Assembly (NCBI GenBank): GCA_030704615.1
Contig: CM060731.1
Span: 59,706,001 to 59,770,000 of the forward strand
DNA length: 64,000 nt
DNA from: Takakia lepidozioides
Lineage: Eukaryota > Plantae > Bryophyta
Reading direction: 5' to 3'
The notes beneath the pieces are model-generated. The model ran no database searches. It saw only the letters and a program-made list of their open reading frames with translations, and was not told the DNA's origin. Positions 39,668-53,482 of this stretch are shown one piece after another. Numbering within the stretch: the first letter of the stretch is position 1; every line of letters begins with the position of its first letter. Both the position numbers and the translations under genes were made by a program.

Positions 39668-42600
39668 CAGGGGCTGCTATTTCATGAGCCATGAGCCATG
39701 AGCGGCATGAGCCATGAGCAGAGTCGTAAGTGTCGAAAAAAACATAAGCAGGACTATTTTCCGGAAATGAATGTCCGTGGGAATAGGGTTTAGGGTGTCA
39801 CGGTCATAGGGGGAGAAGGACCTCCCGATGAAGGAGGTTCGGCAATGTTTTTTAGAATTACATATTGAAAGGCAATGTTTCGCGAATGGTAGGGTGGTAC
39901 TGCTCTGTACAATGGGGGCCCATTTCAGCCTACCAGCCACTTGCAAAATCACCCACACTCCCAATCCCAACGAAATGAGGAATGATGCATTCTGGGAACG
40001 ATGGATACAGAATAGAACAAAAAGAGGGCACAATGGGTTTTTTATTGATCCACATGAATTGCATTTGAAGCACGTCTACTGTGCTGATTGTGCAAACAAA
40101 TCTTTAGCCCTGTGCCTTCTGAATACAAGTCACGTTGTCAATGGGACTTTGACTGCTCTGAGAACTAGCTCATGAGTCATCGGGCTCCTCCAGGTAAACT
40201 GGATTGCAGCCGTTGTACCGCCCCTGTTGATGTTCACCACAATGTCGTGCCCTTCAATCATACCACCATTGAATATGGAAAGCTTCACGTTTTCGTCGTC
40301 CACACCAATGCGAATGTCCCCATACAATGGAGAAGAGGAGCGCACTCCTTCAGGAGTATACGTCTCTCCGATGGAGTCCACCCACGTCCACTGGCAGCAG
40401 TTCCACCGCAACAGCATAGCAGTGCGCATTCTTCTGCATGGGTGCCCGTCGTAGCTAGAAAATCGGAATCAAGGATGCGCAAGAGCCACGGACTCCTCAG
40501 ACCAAGATCGTCACCCCGCTCGAAGGCGTACTGGCCTGGGATATACTCAAAAGTGGACAATGTTTCCACATTCGAACCAGTATCTTCTGTGTAATCTGTG
40601 TAACAGATAACAATGTCTCCCGAATGTGGCCGAATACATTGCATAATCGAAGCCTCCATAAGGGCAGTCATCCCGGTTCTGGAAGCACGACATCCTTGCA
40701 AAGGAGGACCTGAGGACGTCTTTGATGCCGATGACAATGATTTTGCGGACAGCAACGAAGCCCTTAGATTTTAGAAATGATGAGAAGCGGAAGAGCAGTG
40801 CGGGCTCCAATAATGGAGCATCTGGGTCACACGTACCCACCAATCATCGTGTAACGTGTTCATCACGCCAGCGGTGGATGAACCGATACCTCTTTCTCAT
40901 CCACGGGGTATAGTTTGAAATCTGCCACCGAAGTCCATCCCCTGGAAGGAAATTCAGCGCCGCATTTACATCGAAGGGGGGATGGACTTCATAGTCTCAA
41001 GTGGCTATAGGCCCACCTGGCACTTACTGCCCATAGTTTGCATGGCAAGGAAGAAAACTGAAACGGCTACATTCATGGAGCAGCCAATCTTCATCCGTGC
41101 AGGTTCCTGTAGGGGGGAAATTTAAATGTGCCCTGGAGTGTTTTTGAGGAATTGCAACGTTTGCTTGAACTTCTTCCAGCCACGGCACTGCTCTTTTTCA
41201 AGGATGCCGTGCCGTCGAAATCCTGCTGACTGCCCTTATCATGGCCACGATTATGCTATGTTCAAACCAGAATCAGGAGACATCATTGTCTGGCTCTCTG
41301 TTTTCATAGACGCTTCTGGAATCAAGCGGGAGTCTTTGCGCGCAATGGAGTATTTGGAGGGCTATTACCGCTTTGAGCGAGGTGAGGGCGAGGGTCAATG
41401 CGGTCCGTGGGTCCTGAAAATTGTTGACCTTGATATACCAAGCTGGAATGGGATGCTGGACAAATCACGCACGGCCTCACTTTGGCAGTGGAACTGCTGC
41501 CAGTGGACCAGGGAGGACGGCACCGGGGAAAACTATATTCGTGGAGTTCACTCCGCTCTTCCAGTGTATGGAGACATTCGGCTGAGTTGCGAAGACAAAT
41601 CGCACGGGCACATGAGGCCCACAGTGACCTTGTCAATGTATGATGGTGGTATCATTGATGGGCATGACATTGTCGTCAGCTCCACCAAGGGCACCAGATC
41701 GACCGCATTGCAGTTTACCTCGAGGTGCCGCATCAGTAATGAGCTTGTTTTGAGGGCTATCAAAGTTCCGTCGACTTGGTGACGCCCATGTAGAAGGAGG
41801 AAGGGCTTAGATTTGTCTGGAGTTGCTAAATGTGAGACACCATGTTCGATCAATAAAACAACCCATCGTACATCACTTCTGTGTGATTGTGTTTCATCGT
41901 GTTCAAGAACAGCCGTAATTGGCCCACTGTTTACAATTTGAGATCTCATTTCTACAATGTGTCTGTCCATATGAATATACCATGTACCATATACCATGAG
42001 TTAAAGGAAACATGTGCACGCCGAAGCTCGAAAATTCGGCACCGCATTTCATTTTTCTCCATGCAGCGATTTCTGGCAGCTCCCTTTCCTCCGTTGTCGT
42101 CGTAACGGAAATGATGTACAACATTTCATTTCCTGACATGGCATTACCATACTTCGAATTGGAAATGCGGCGCCGCATTTCCATATTGGACCTTGAATTG
42201 TCCGAGCATGTCCAGTCGCTAATACTTGTCCATGTCCATACTTGAAATGCGGCACCGCATTTCCATGTCCGTCATCGAAATTTCGTACTGGACAATGAAA
42301 TGCGGCACCGCATTTCCGAAGAGCAGAATGGAATGCGGTGCCGCATTTCCGTCGAAGGGTCTGGAATTGGACAAACAACGATGTCCGTTCTGGAAATGCG
42401 GCACGCATTTCCATGTCCGTCATCAAAATTTTGTATTGGACAATGGAATGCGGTGCCGCATTTCCGTCCAACAAGACGGAATGCCCACACGGGTCTGGAA
42501 TTGGACAAACAACGATGTCTGTTTTGGAAATGCGGCGCCGCATTTCCCATGTTGGGCAATCGAAAGTTTTTGTAGGACAATGTAAGTTTTTATAGGACGA

Positions 42601-42945
42601 TGGAATGCGGTGCCGCATTTCCGTCAAAGGGTGTGGAATCGGACAATCAACGATGTCCGTTTTGGAAATGCGGCGCTGCATTTCTATGTACGTCATCGAA
42701 ATTTCTTATTGGACAATGGAATGCGGTGCCGCATTCCCGTCCAGCATCATGGAATGGGGAGCCGCATTTCCGTGGATGGGTCTGCAGTTGGAAAAATGTC
42801 CATCTCCAAAATGTAAATGCGGCACCACATTTCCATTTACCTCCATGGAATGAGCTGGCAATCGGCAAAACTGTCGTGTCGGAAACAGAAATGCGGCACT
42901 GCATTTCTGTTCGGCCGAACAGTTTCTGATGTCCAAACCATGAAA
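39668..42945 (+). mobile_element. Second copy of the subfamily A left arm (direct repeat of 14112-17510)
   Basis: Same CAGGGGCTGCTATTTCATGAGCC terminus, divergent ORF pair and palindrome array. Confidence 0.85.
41126..41782 (+). CDS. Unknown cargo protein (open-frame copy of paralog 2; true start uncertain)
   Basis: 218-aa ORF covering both halves that are split by a frameshift at 15668-16281. Confidence 0.5.
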   Translation: MCPGVFLRNCNVCLNFFQPRHCSFSRMPCRRNPADCPYHGHDYAMFKPESGDIIVWLSVFIDASGIKRESLRAMEYLEGYYRFERGEGEGQCGPWVLKIVDLDIPSWNGMLDKSRTASLWQWNCCQWTREDGTGENYIRGVHSALPVYGDIRLSCEDKSHGHMRPTVTLSMYDGGIIDGHDIVVSSTKGTRSTALQFTSRCRISNELVLRAIKVPSTW

Positions 42946-43459
42946 CGTTGCAGTGCGTGTGGGAGCCTGGCAGCCCTGGAAAAGGGCAAAGAGATCCATC
43001 GTGACATCATCAAATTTGCAATTGTACCAGATGTCATCCTGAACATGACTGCTCTGGTGGACACATGTATGCCAAATGTGGGAGCATTGAGGATGCGAAA
43101 GGAGTGTTCAACACTATGGTTGAACGAGATTTTGCGTTTGCAGTGCGTGTGCAAGTCTGGCAGCCCTGCAAAAGGGCAAAGAGGTGCATGGTTGCATCAT
43201 CAAAGCTGGAATGGTAACAGATGCGATTCTGAACAATGCCCTTGTGGACATGTATGCCAAATATATGTGAGAGCATTGAGGATGCGGAGGGAGTGTTCAA
43301 CACTATGGCTGAACAAGATGTGGTGTCGTGGAGCGCGATGATTGCAGGATGTGCACAGCAGTGGTGCGGGATGGAGCCTTTGGAGACCTATCATGACCAA
43401 ATGATGGGTGAAGGGATGAAGCCCGACCACAACACATTTGTGTGAGTTTGCAGTGCGTG

Positions 43460-45187
43460 TGCAAGCCTGGCAGCTCTGGGAAAGGGAAGAGGTCCATGGT
43501 TTCATTGTCAAAGTTGGAATTGTACCTGATGTGATTCTGGACAATGGCCTCGTGGACATGTATGCCAAATGTGGGAGCATCAAGGGCAAGCTTGGCAGCT
43601 CTGGGAAAGGGAAGAGGTCCATGGTTTCATTGTCAAAGCTAGAATTGTACCTGATGTGATTCTGGACAATGGCCTCGTGGACATGTATGCCAAATGTGGG
43701 AGCATCAAGGGCAAGCCTGGTAGCTCTGGAAAAGGGAAGAGGTCCATGGTTTCATTGTCAAAGCTGGAATTGTACCTGATGTGATTCTGAACAATGCCCT
43801 CGTGGACATGTATGCCAAATGTGGGAGCATGAAGGGCAAGCCTGGCAGCTCTGGAAAATTGTCAAAGCTGGAATTGTACCGGATTGTGATTCTGGACAAT
43901 GGCCTCGTGGACATGTATGCCAAATGTGGAGCATCAATGGCAAGCCTGGTACCTCTGGAAAAGGGAAGATCAGGTCCATGGTTTCATTGTCAAAATTGGA
44001 ATTGTACCTGATGTAATTCTGGACAATGCCCTCGTGGACATGTATGCCAAATGTGGGAGCATCAAGGGCAAGCCTAGCAGCTCTGGGAAAGGGAAGATCA
44101 GGTCCATGGTTTCATTGTCAAAGCTGGAATTGTACCTGATGTGATTCTGGAGGGCAAGCCTGGCAGCTCTGGAAAATTGTCAAAGCTGGAATTTGTACCT
44201 GATTGTGATTCTGGACAATGGCCTCGTGGACATGTATGCCAAATGTGGGAGAATCAAGGGCAAGCCTGGCAGCTCTGGAAAAGGGAAGATCAGGTCCATG
44301 GTTTCATTGTCAAAGTTGGAATTGTACCTGATGTGATTCTGGACAATGGCCTCGTGGACATGTATGCCAAATGTGGGAGCATCAAGGGCAAGCTTGGCAG
44401 CTCTGGGAAAGGGAAGAGGTCCATGGTTTCATTGTCAAAGCTAGAATTGTACCTGATGTGATTCTGGACAATGGCCTCGTGGACATGTATGCCAAATTTG
44501 GGAGCATCAAGGGCAAGATTGGCAGATCTGGAAAAGGGAAGAGGTCCATGGTTTCATTGTCAAAGCTGGAATTGTACCTATTGTGATTCTGAACAATGCC
44601 CTCATGGACATGTATGCCAAATGTGGGAGCATCAAGGGCAAGCTTGGCAGCTCTGGAAAATTGTCAAAGCTGGAATTGTACCTGATTGTGATTCTGGACA
44701 ATGGCCTCGTGGACATGTATGCCAAATGTGGGAGCATCAAGGGCAAGCCTGGCAGCTCTGGAAAAGGGACGATCAGGTCCATGGTTTCATTGTCAAAGCT
44801 GGAATTGTACCTGATGTGATTCTGAACAATGGCCTCGTGGACATGTATGCCAAATGTGGGAGCATCAAAGGCAAGCCTGGCAGCTCTGGGAAAGGGAAGA
44901 TCAGGTCCATGGTTTCATTGTCAAAGCTGGAATTGTACCTGATGTGATTCTGGACAATGGCCTCGTGGACATGTATGCCAAATATGGGAGCATCAAGGGC
45001 AAGCCTGGCAGCTCTGGGAAAGGGAAGATCAGGTCCATGGTTGCATTGTCAAAGCTGGAATTGTCCCTGATGTGATTCTGGACAATGCCCTAGTGGACAT
45101 GTATGCCAAATGTGGGAGCATCAAGGGCAAGCCTGGCAGCTCTGGGAAAGGGAAGAGGTCCATGGTTGCATTGTCAAAGCTGGAATT
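43460..45187 (+). repeat. PPR-derived ~125-bp satellite (about 14 units); resumes briefly at 59780-59816
   Basis: Same unit as 19981-21610 in the opposite orientation; it is interrupted at GGAATT by the Gypsy element. Confidence 0.92.
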
Positions 45188-45512
45188 TGTCAAGTTATTT
45201 TACCACTACTGTGAAACTAGCTAGGAAATAGCTAGCTTTTACATATTGACATTTGGGATTGGCCCAAGTGTCAATCCAGGGGTCAAGGCAGATTTAGGCC
45301 TGGAGTGGTTATCTTCACGGCAAGCGCGGGAGGCTCATCTTTCTCGAGTTGACCCTCACCGCGCCTAGCTATGGCGCCGTAGTGTGGATTCCCCATGGCG
45401 TGGGGTGCACTTGGCTTGACTTGTATTTGAGTGATGAGGTTATATATGCATGAGTTTATGTTTCAGCTTTGTGAGCTCGCATGAGCTTGTGCTTGTATTC
45501 TTCTTCTTTATC
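45188..45512 (+). repeat. Terminal repeat block Y1 (copy Y2 at 59263-59588)
   Basis: tgtcaagttattttaccac...cttcttctttatc is nearly identical at both positions. Confidence 0.95.
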
Positions 45513-45529
45513 ACTCGAGAAAGATGAGC
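45513..45529 (+). promoter_or_regulatory. Putative self-priming primer-binding site
   Basis: ACTCGAGAAAGATGAGC directly follows Y1 and is the exact reverse complement of 45333-45349 (GCTCATCTTTCTCGAGT). No TGG-type tRNA PBS is present. Confidence 0.7.
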
Positions 45530-47439
45530 TCGTATCTGTGAGTGCCAGATAGGAGTTAGTTGTAGCACTTGTGGTTTTTGCTTGAGAATGAGAGAAACCA
45601 GGTTGTTATGCAAGGAGCATCGTGGAGCTCTTGGTTGTTAGAAGCGGAGGCGATGTGGGTTACGAGGTGGTAGACCTTGGCATTCGATCTTCAGAGATGA
45701 AAGCACCATATTACACACCTTGATGGTTTCAGATTGTGTACATGCATGAGCAAGCACGATTGGGAAGAGGACCAGTCAAGAGCAGGTTATAGTGGCTTTG
45801 GTGGCAAAGCTGAGAACTGGACTTGGGAATGCGAGCTTTCATTGTTTGAAGGATTGCAAGACCAAGCGAAAGGGCTGATTTGGCTTGGGGCAAATCAGTG
45901 CACTTTGTGGAGTATGTTGAGAGTGGGTAATCTCGAGCTTTAGCATCGAGAGGGCTCTTGTCATGGCAAGAGCAGGGCTGGAACAAGAGCTAAGAGGTGC
46001 GGCAAGGCCATGGAATGTGCACCTAGGGTTTCAGAGCTTGGAAGAAGAGCTCTTGCACCACAAGAGGAGTGTCTTGTGGCTGGAAATGTAAGCCTTAGGG
46101 TTTATGAGCTTGGCAAAGGCTGTGGAGTGCTTAGTCTTGTCTTAGAGAGCATCAAGGAGCCAAGGAGCCAAGATAGGGGGCTGATACCTCTTGTGTGAAG
46201 AGGTTGCATGTGTGGAGCATGTATTCAGCTCATTGAAGCTTCCATCTTCAAGCTTGGAGGGCAAGCAATGAAGAGGGAAGGGCTGACTTCCCTTATGTGA
46301 GGGCAATACATGTGTGGAGCATGCTTTCGGCCTGTTGCTTGTACTTTCAAGTTTGGGAGTGCAAGAAAGGAAGGAAGGGGCTGGTATATGGGAGGCATGG
46401 GATTCATGTGCGGAGCAGCACTACCACTAGTGCAGGTGGAGACTGTTGCAGCCGTGACTTGAGGAGCAGCACAAGTTCCTGAGCCACGAGGTGCAGAGGT
46501 GGAGTTGGATCCACAGCGTGGGGAGGCAAGCCATCTGGTAAGGCTTCCTCAGTTATTCACATTGGCGGAGACAGTGTCGACGCCATCCATGGCACCTAGT
46601 TCTCGCCCGACTGTTACCGAGGCGGAGGTTACTATGCCATTGGGAAGAGCTACACGGGTAGCACCACTACCTAGTATTGCCAAGGCTACGGCAGCTAGTG
46701 TGCTGCTAGGAGCGGCCACATCTGTGTGCCAGGCTCCATTGTTCTCGGCTACCATGATTGCGACGCCGGGGGTAAGACCAGTTGAGGTGTTCAGGCTGGC
46801 AGCTACACTCTGTGAGAGTGGGAAGGTTACTTCATCTTCTGCGGAGATAGTGGGAGGTGTAGTGCCGGAGGGATCCTCGGATTTGAGGGTCAAGACTGCC
46901 ACGCTACAGATAGCTCAGTGATGCGAGCCAAGACCATTGTGACAGACACGGTCTCATACGATATCCTGGTTGGTGGGGCAGTGTTGTACCCCATGGGCTT
47001 CACCCTGGATTTTTGGGAGGAGTCAGCTTCCTATAGGCATGCATGGCAGTCAGGGGAGGGCCGGCGTGTGCAGCTCCCTGTGAAGTTCATAGGAGGAGTT
47101 GCGGTTGCCCAGCGAGGCAAGATACCGACACTAGCAGCATTCACAGCGGCAGTGAGTTGGCCTGGAGAGTTGCTTGAGGGCAACGCTCATTCAGAGGATG
47201 TGCCGCCTCCGGGAGAGCGGGATGACATGTATGGTATGGCGGAGTTGCCTACCATGGTTGCTCAGACTCCATTGTGGGGCACGAGCAAGGATTTGCAGCG
47301 GGATGCTGATCGACGGGTGCAACAAGCCTGGGTGGAGACTTTTGTACCGTCAGGAGAGGAGGAGAGTGCGGGGATTGCACCAGGACCACCTCAGTTGTCT
47401 CCATTGGACACCACACCTATTGTGTGGCAGTATCCGGAT

Positions 47440-48390
47440 AAAGGCATTTGTCTTCTGGACTTGTTTGGCGGGATCAGCACCGGATTGGCTGCTGTGTTAT
47501 AGGCAGGTGTACGAGTTCGGCGTTACTTGTATGTGGAGAGGGATGAGACTGCACGATGCGTTTCACTTTGCCATGTTGCTCAATTGGTGCAGCGATACCC
47601 TGAGTTGTTGCCGGTGTCTGCAGTTCGTGGATATCAGCAAGCCTTGCCAGCAGACATTTCGTTGCTGGGGGCGCAGGATTTGGAGCGGGTTGGCTCCATT
47701 GATCTGGTAGTGGCAGGTTGGCCCTGCCAAGGGCATTCATCAGCTGGGCATGGCAATGGATTGCGAGACTCGAGGTCGGGTCTATTTTGGGAGATAGTGC
47801 GGGTTTTGCGCCACTTGCACCTTCATCAAGCTGTATCTCCAGCATACATCTTGGAGAATGTGCCACTGATGGGCGATTCTCGGGCCAGGGTGATGGCCAG
47901 TGTGCATCAAGTCCGGTCGTGGCTTGGGTCAGCAGTGTTGCTAGATGCAGCTACAGTGGGGTCACGGGCTCATCGTCTATGGTTATGGTGGACTAACTTG
48001 ATGCCACCCGCACTGCTCAAGCGTGCATTTGATGGGGTGCAGCAGCCAGCATATCTCACAGTGGATAGCATTCTGGACACAGACAGACAGTCTCAGCGTA
48101 TAAGACACGATGACCGTTTGTCTTTGGCAATGGTCAACAAGGTGGGTCAACCATGAGCAGCATTACCTACACTGCTCAGCTTCCCAAGATCACATGCTTT
48201 CCGGGATAGTGGACCTGGCCTCCTGTGGGATTCTCAGTTGCAGCAGTTAGTGGAGCCTAATGCTGACGAGCGTGAATGGGCAATGGGTTTTACCACTGGT
48301 ACCATGGCGGTGTTGTCTCTTTCTGAGGCATCACGTTGTCAGGTGTTGGGGCAAGCAATGGATCTCAATTGCTTGACCTGGATTATCAGC
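47440..48390 (+). pseudogene. C5-cytosine DNA methyltransferase domain (DNMT3/DRM-like motifs) inside the retrotransposon polyprotein
   Basis: Motif I LLDLFGGI (47452-47475), II YLYVE, IV DLVVAGWPCQ (PCQ 47722-47730), VI ILENV (ENV 47854-47862), VIII AHRLWLWWTN and X VLGQAMD. All are in one frame with two premature stops. Confidence 0.9.
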
Positions 48391-48994
48391 TTGGCTATGG
48401 CTGAGCAACGCAGAGTGCGGAGTACACTTCCCTCGATGGTCTCTCTGCCTACTGAGACGGTACAGGCAGTGAGTGGGGGCGAGCATGTGAGGACCACGGG
48501 GTGCAGGCATCCATGGCACACGTGGGAGGTGCTCGAGGTTCAGAAGGAGTTGGCAGCCAGGGCGGCGGTGATGGATGAGGTTGGGGATTTTTCTCGGGTT
48601 GAGGAAGTCCTCGAGGATGAGATGATGGGGCAGGATGAGGCCTTGTCATTGATTGAGCAGGCAGGGAGTACTGCTCAAGAGGTTGCAACATAACAACCAC
48701 TGGACGCGTCCTCTACCTCTAAGCCCACTGGACTTAAGGTTGCAGTTACGGAGGACAATTGGGAGCCTGACATTGGACCCATTGTCACCGGAGGAGAGAG
48801 ACGACGTATAAGGCAGTTCCTGAGGGCTTACAGGAATTGCTTTGCCTTCAGTTTGAAGGACTTGGGAGCACTGAAGGGTCAAGAGATCCGTATTGAGTTG
48901 GCCACTGACACGCCAATCTTTCGGAGACCCTATAGATACAGTGACATGGAGAGGTCTTTGATTCAGATGAGGACTCAAGATCTCTGGGAGGCAG

Positions 48995-49717
48995 TGTCGC
49001 ACACCTCAATTCGGTAAACTCCCCTTCAAGTCATAGTTACTCGCTTTGATGCGCGCGCCTGACTCCCAACCTGGCCGCCGGGCCAACTTGGAGTTTCGGC
49101 TGCTCACCGGGACATAACGGTCCCCTTCCGCTTCCCTCTAAACCCTCCACCTATTTGGGACTAGGAGAATTCCCTTTGGTAGATGGCAGTCCGGAACAGC
49201 TCCCCACTCTTTGGTCGCTTTCCGGCTCGCTCGCTTACTCACTAGTTTTTGGTCACCAACGGGCTTGCACCGTTCTCGGGGTTACTACTCCCTATATATA
49301 CTTCTGTAGCTGTCCGCGGGGGTTTCATAACCAGCCATGCCATTTTATGGCGAACCACCACGAAAACCCTCGACTCCCGGTGGTGAGTCGCGGTGAGTCT
49401 TGGCCCACTCACCGCGGCCCCAATGGACCGTGATGAGTCCCAAGACTCCCCACGACTCCCACCTCGAGGTCTCCACCCCATGGTGAGTCCTATGCCACCC
49501 CCACTAAGTCCCACTAAGCTACCACCACCCCTTGTGGAGCCACCTCCACCGCAACCCGGTGTGCGGGGCTCCACCTAGTGAGCGCCTCCGCCTCCTTGAG
49601 TGCCTTGGGCACTCAAGGGTGCTTCAGCCCCCATACCTATCGCTGCCGCTGCCCCCACCACAGGGGCAGCCCCTCATGTGTCCCGACCCCCTGCCCTCAA
49701 GGCAAAGGGCCGCGACA
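48995..49717 (-). repeat. Chromovirus 3' LTR
   Basis: Near-identical to 55243-55965; I see only two 1-bp indels. Confidence 0.97.
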
Positions 49718-50623
49718 CACACCCCTACCAACAGGGAGTCGATGTCCTCATCGACTTGTCCATTTTGTAGAAACGAACATCCAAGTTGTGGCGTCCCACA
49801 TCAAGGAGTTTGTTTCCGTACCATGGCGTCCCATGGCAAAGAACCAAACCCCACACTTGACTCCACTCTCCACTAGCTAGTTCGGCCGACTTCCTCCAAG
49901 TCCCGGCCAAGGGTGGAGCCTCTCCAGCTCCTCCCAGTGCACTCTTCTTGGCCTACTTCAAGGCCAAGGAACGATCCTCCCCGAGGATCGAATCGCCTTA
50001 CTGCAACAACATTGCTTGCGATCGCTCATGATGCCGCTTTTGGCATCACCTTGAGCAAGGGTTCACCTGGAACCCTCTTTGACTAGGAAGATAACCTTGA
50101 ACCAACCGTGCGCCCCAATCACTACAATTGGGTCCGCCTTGGAATGCTGGCCTGAGGTACGGGAACACGCCGAAGCCGCACTACGACTTCGTCCCGAGGC
50201 TACACGATTATAGTACGTGAACGGAAGCACGTAGCTTCCGCGTTAGCCCGCACTACAAGGCAACCCCCTCGGTAGCGCAGTTATAGTACGCGCACGCGCC
50301 AGGTGCGCACTAGCACTTGAACTCCCAAATAAGGCGCAAGTTTCCTTGCCCCTTGGATGGGAGTCACCCGATTTCGGCACTGCGCAAACACACGATTAAC
50401 CCAATTTACCTCTCCCACTTTTGTAAGCTAGCATGCATTCTACACACCAGCCAACCACACCATGCATCACCATTCCAAACACAATAGGACGCACAATATT
50501 TGGAACCCATTTCCTTTATCACAAATTTTTGTACAATACAAGTTTTTGCAATCGGATTCCTGAGCTAGCTAAACCGGGCTAAGCATGCATTTCCTCCCCC
50601 ACGCTCCAAGGTTGATGTCCCCA

Positions 50624-53482
50624 TCAACGCTTCTTCCGCTTTTGAGGTCGCCCTTCGAACGCTGCAACTGCCTCGGATGCGTTTCCCATTTCTGAGGCAC
50701 GCACCCAAGATGCCTCCACAAGATGATAGCCCTTCCATTTGACGAGATACTCCGTTTCTCGGTTCTTGAACCTCCTCGACTTAAGTATTGCCTCCACCTC
50801 GTACTCGGGTTCATTTTCATGATCCAACAACATAGGTGGCGGACGCAACACTTGCTGCCGATTCGGACGTGCTTCATCTTTGAAGTAAGGCTTCAAAAGG
50901 GAGACATGGAATACTGGGTGCACCTTGCTGTTTGCTGGCAGCTCCAATTCATACACATCCTCATTCATAACCCTCCAAATGCGAAAGGGACCCGCATACG
51001 GAGGTACGAACTTCGGACTCATTTCCGGAGGTAGTCGAAAATTCTTGATGTTCAACCAGACCTCTGTGCCTGCCTCAAACTTCACTTCCCTCCGCTTCCG
51101 ATTCGCCTGCCTTTCATACCGTTTCCTAGCTTTGGCAATGTTGTACTTTGCGAGCTTCAACAAACGCTCGCGTTCTTCCAGTACCGCCGCTACTGCCGGT
51201 TCCTCAACGTCCTGGGCGGCCCAACTTGTCGGCACCAGAGGTGCTTTTCCATAGACCAACACAAAAGGGGAAACTCCCGTCGCGGAGTGTTCTGTGTTAT
51301 TATAACAGAACTCTGCCGCGTCTAAGTGTTCCATCCAGTCTGATTGGTCTGCCGACACGTAATTCCGCAAGAATTGCTTCACTACGGAATTCACTCTTTC
51401 CGTTTGGCCGTCCGTCGTAGGTCGGAAGGCGGTGCTCATCTTCAGCCTCGTCCCCATCTTCTTCCAAAGTGCTCTCCAGAATTTACTCGTAAACTTTGGG
51501 TCGCGGTCCGAGACAATATCCTTCGGGACTCCATGATGCTTTAAGACGTGGGCGAAGTAAAGTCGCCCTGTCTCCTGCGCAGTTGCCGTCTCCTTGGTGG
51601 GGATGAAATGGGCCATTTTACTGAACCTATCTACCACCACCATGATTGCATCGAATCCTTTTGACAGCGGCATAGCAGTCATGAAATCCATCGAGACGCT
51701 TTCCCAAGTCCCCTCTGGAATCGGCAAGGGTTGTAACAGCCCCGCTTGCTTTTTATACTCGCTCCGGTTTTGTTGGCATGTGGTGCATGTCTTTACATAC
51801 TCCTCTGCCTCCTCCCTCAGTTTGGGCCAGAAATACTCTTTCTTCAAGAGTGCCGCAGTGCGCTTGGCTCCACCGTGGCCCGCAAGCGGGCTATCATGGC
51901 ATTCTCTCAAGAGACTATCCCTGATCCCTCCCTTTGGCACATAGAGACGTTTTTGCTTATACCGGAGCAGTCCGTTTTGCAAGTGGAACTGCGATTTAAC
52001 CCCCATTCTCAAGTTCTGCATCACGCACTTTGCCAGCTCATCCTTCCGGCAAGCCTTCCGGATCTTCCTTTGGAGCGCCGTCTCGCCCTTGTACACCAAC
52101 AAGAGCTGCTGCTTTCTACTTAAAGCATCGGCCACCACATTGTCCCGTCCCGGTTTGTACTGGATATCCACGTCGAACACTGCCAAAGTATCTTGCCACC
52201 TAAGTTGTTTTGGGGACAACTTGGGCTGCGTGGCAAAATACTTCACCGTGACATTGTCCGTGAACACCTTCACTGGGTTGGAACCAACATAGTGGCGCCA
52301 GAGTTCAAGGCAATGTACCACCGCCTTCATCTCTTTTTCGTGCGTCGGCCACCGTCGCTCCACTTCATTCAGTTTCTTACTTTCGTAAGCCACTGGACGT
52401 CCATCTTGCATAAGTACACCCCCAATTGCGAAGTCCGATGCATCTGTATGAATCTCAAACGGACGATCGAACTCCGGGATTTTTAAGACTGGAGCTTCCG
52501 TCATCCGCTGCTTCAATTCAGCAAAAGCTTGGCCACAAAATGTGTTCCATACCCAGACTTTGGATTTACACAGAAGGTCCGACAGCGGCCCCGCGATCTT
52601 GGCGAAATTTCTCACATACTTCCGGTAATAGGAGGCGAGTCCTAGGAAGGATCGCACTCCCGGGACCGAAGTCGGAGGCTCCCAGTCCAAGATCGCCCTC
52701 ACCTTTCTGTCATCCATTTTGATCCCATCCTGTGTAATCACGTGCCCCAAGAACTCCACTTTTGTGACCCCGAATTCGCACTTTGAAGCTTTGGCATACA
52801 GCTTCCCTTCTCGCAATTTTTGGAACACCCTTTTGAGGTGCTCCAGGTGCTCCTCCTTTGTTTTCGAGTACACCAAGATGTCGTCGATGTACACGATCAC
52901 AAAGTCATCCAACCACTCCTGGAAAAGGCTGTTCATCAGCGTGCTAAATGTCGCTGGTGCATTGGTGAGCCCAAAAGGCATCACCAAGAACTCATATGAA
53001 CCATACCTTGTCCTGCACGCGGTCTTCTCCTCATCTCCTTCCGCCACCCGAATTTGGTGATAGCCGGAGCGCAAGTCGATCCGGCTGAAATACTTCGCTC
53101 CTGCCAACCGATCGAAGAGGTCGTCGATCCTTGGCAAAGGGTACCGGTTTTTGATAGTCACCTTATTCAGAGCCCTGTAATCGACACACATCCGCAGCGT
53201 CCCATCCTTCTTGTCTGCAAATAGCACCGGGGCTCCGTAAGGTGACTTACTCGGCCGGATGTACCCCTTTGACATTAGATCTTTGAGCTGAGTCTTCAGC
53301 TCGACCAACTCTTTGTGGCTCAACCGGTAGGGCGCCTTGGCAGGCGGTTCCGATCCCGGTATCACCTCAATTTTGTGGTCAACTCCTCTTCGCGGTGGCA
53401 AGCCGCTTGGTAAATCCTCCGGCATCACATCCTGGTATTTCTCCAAAATCCCCTTGATCCAATCTAGGGCTCGGCTCCCCAT
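50624..53482 (-). CDS. pol: Chromovirus Pol: RT, RNase H, integrase, chromodomain
   Basis: 952-aa ORF: [23 protein letters not shown] Zn finger, DDE core, GPF, YEVEAIL...YLVKWKGY...SW. Confidence 0.97.
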   Translation of the reverse strand: MGSRALDWIKGILEKYQDVMPEDLPSGLPPRRGVDHKIEVIPGSEPPAKAPYRLSHKELVELKTQLKDLMSKGYIRPSKSPYGAPVLFADKKDGTLRMCVDYRALNKVTIKNRYPLPRIDDLFDRLAGAKYFSRIDLRSGYHQIRVAEGDEEKTACRTRYGSYEFLVMPFGLTNAPATFSTLMNSLFQEWLDDFVIVYIDDILVYSKTKEEHLEHLKRVFQKLREGKLYAKASKCEFGVTKVEFLGHVITQDGIKMDDRKVRAILDWEPPTSVPGVRSFLGLASYYRKYVRNFAKIAGPLSDLLCKSKVWVWNTFCGQAFAELKQRMTEAPVLKIPEFDRPFEIHTDASDFAIGGVLMQDGRPVAYESKKLNEVERRWPTHEKEMKAVVHCLELWRHYVGSNPVKVFTDNVTVKYFATQPKLSPKQLRWQDTLAVFDVDIQYKPGRDNVVADALSRKQQLLLVYKGETALQRKIRKACRKDELAKCVMQNLRMGVKSQFHLQNGLLRYKQKRLYVPKGGIRDSLLRECHDSPLAGHGGAKRTAALLKKEYFWPKLREEAEEYVKTCTTCQQNRSEYKKQAGLLQPLPIPEGTWESVSMDFMTAMPLSKGFDAIMVVVDRFSKMAHFIPTKETATAQETGRLYFAHVLKHHGVPKDIVSDRDPKFTSKFWRALWKKMGTRLKMSTAFRPTTDGQTERVNSVVKQFLRNYVSADQSDWMEHLDAAEFCYNNTEHSATGVSPFVLVYGKAPLVPTSWAAQDVEEPAVAAVLEERERLLKLAKYNIAKARKRYERQANRKRREVKFEAGTEVWLNIKNFRLPPEMSPKFVPPYAGPFRIWRVMNEDVYELELPANSKVHPVFHVSLLKPYFKDEARPNRQQVLRPPPMLLDHENEPEYEVEAILKSRRFKNRETEYLVKWKGYHLVEASWVRASEMGNASEAVAAFEGRPQKRKKR

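Noticed and set aside
43438-45075. Functional PPR gene
   Set aside because: The unit length of 125/128 bp shifts frame each repeat and covers only partial motifs; no continuous P-L-S array or E/DYW domain is present.
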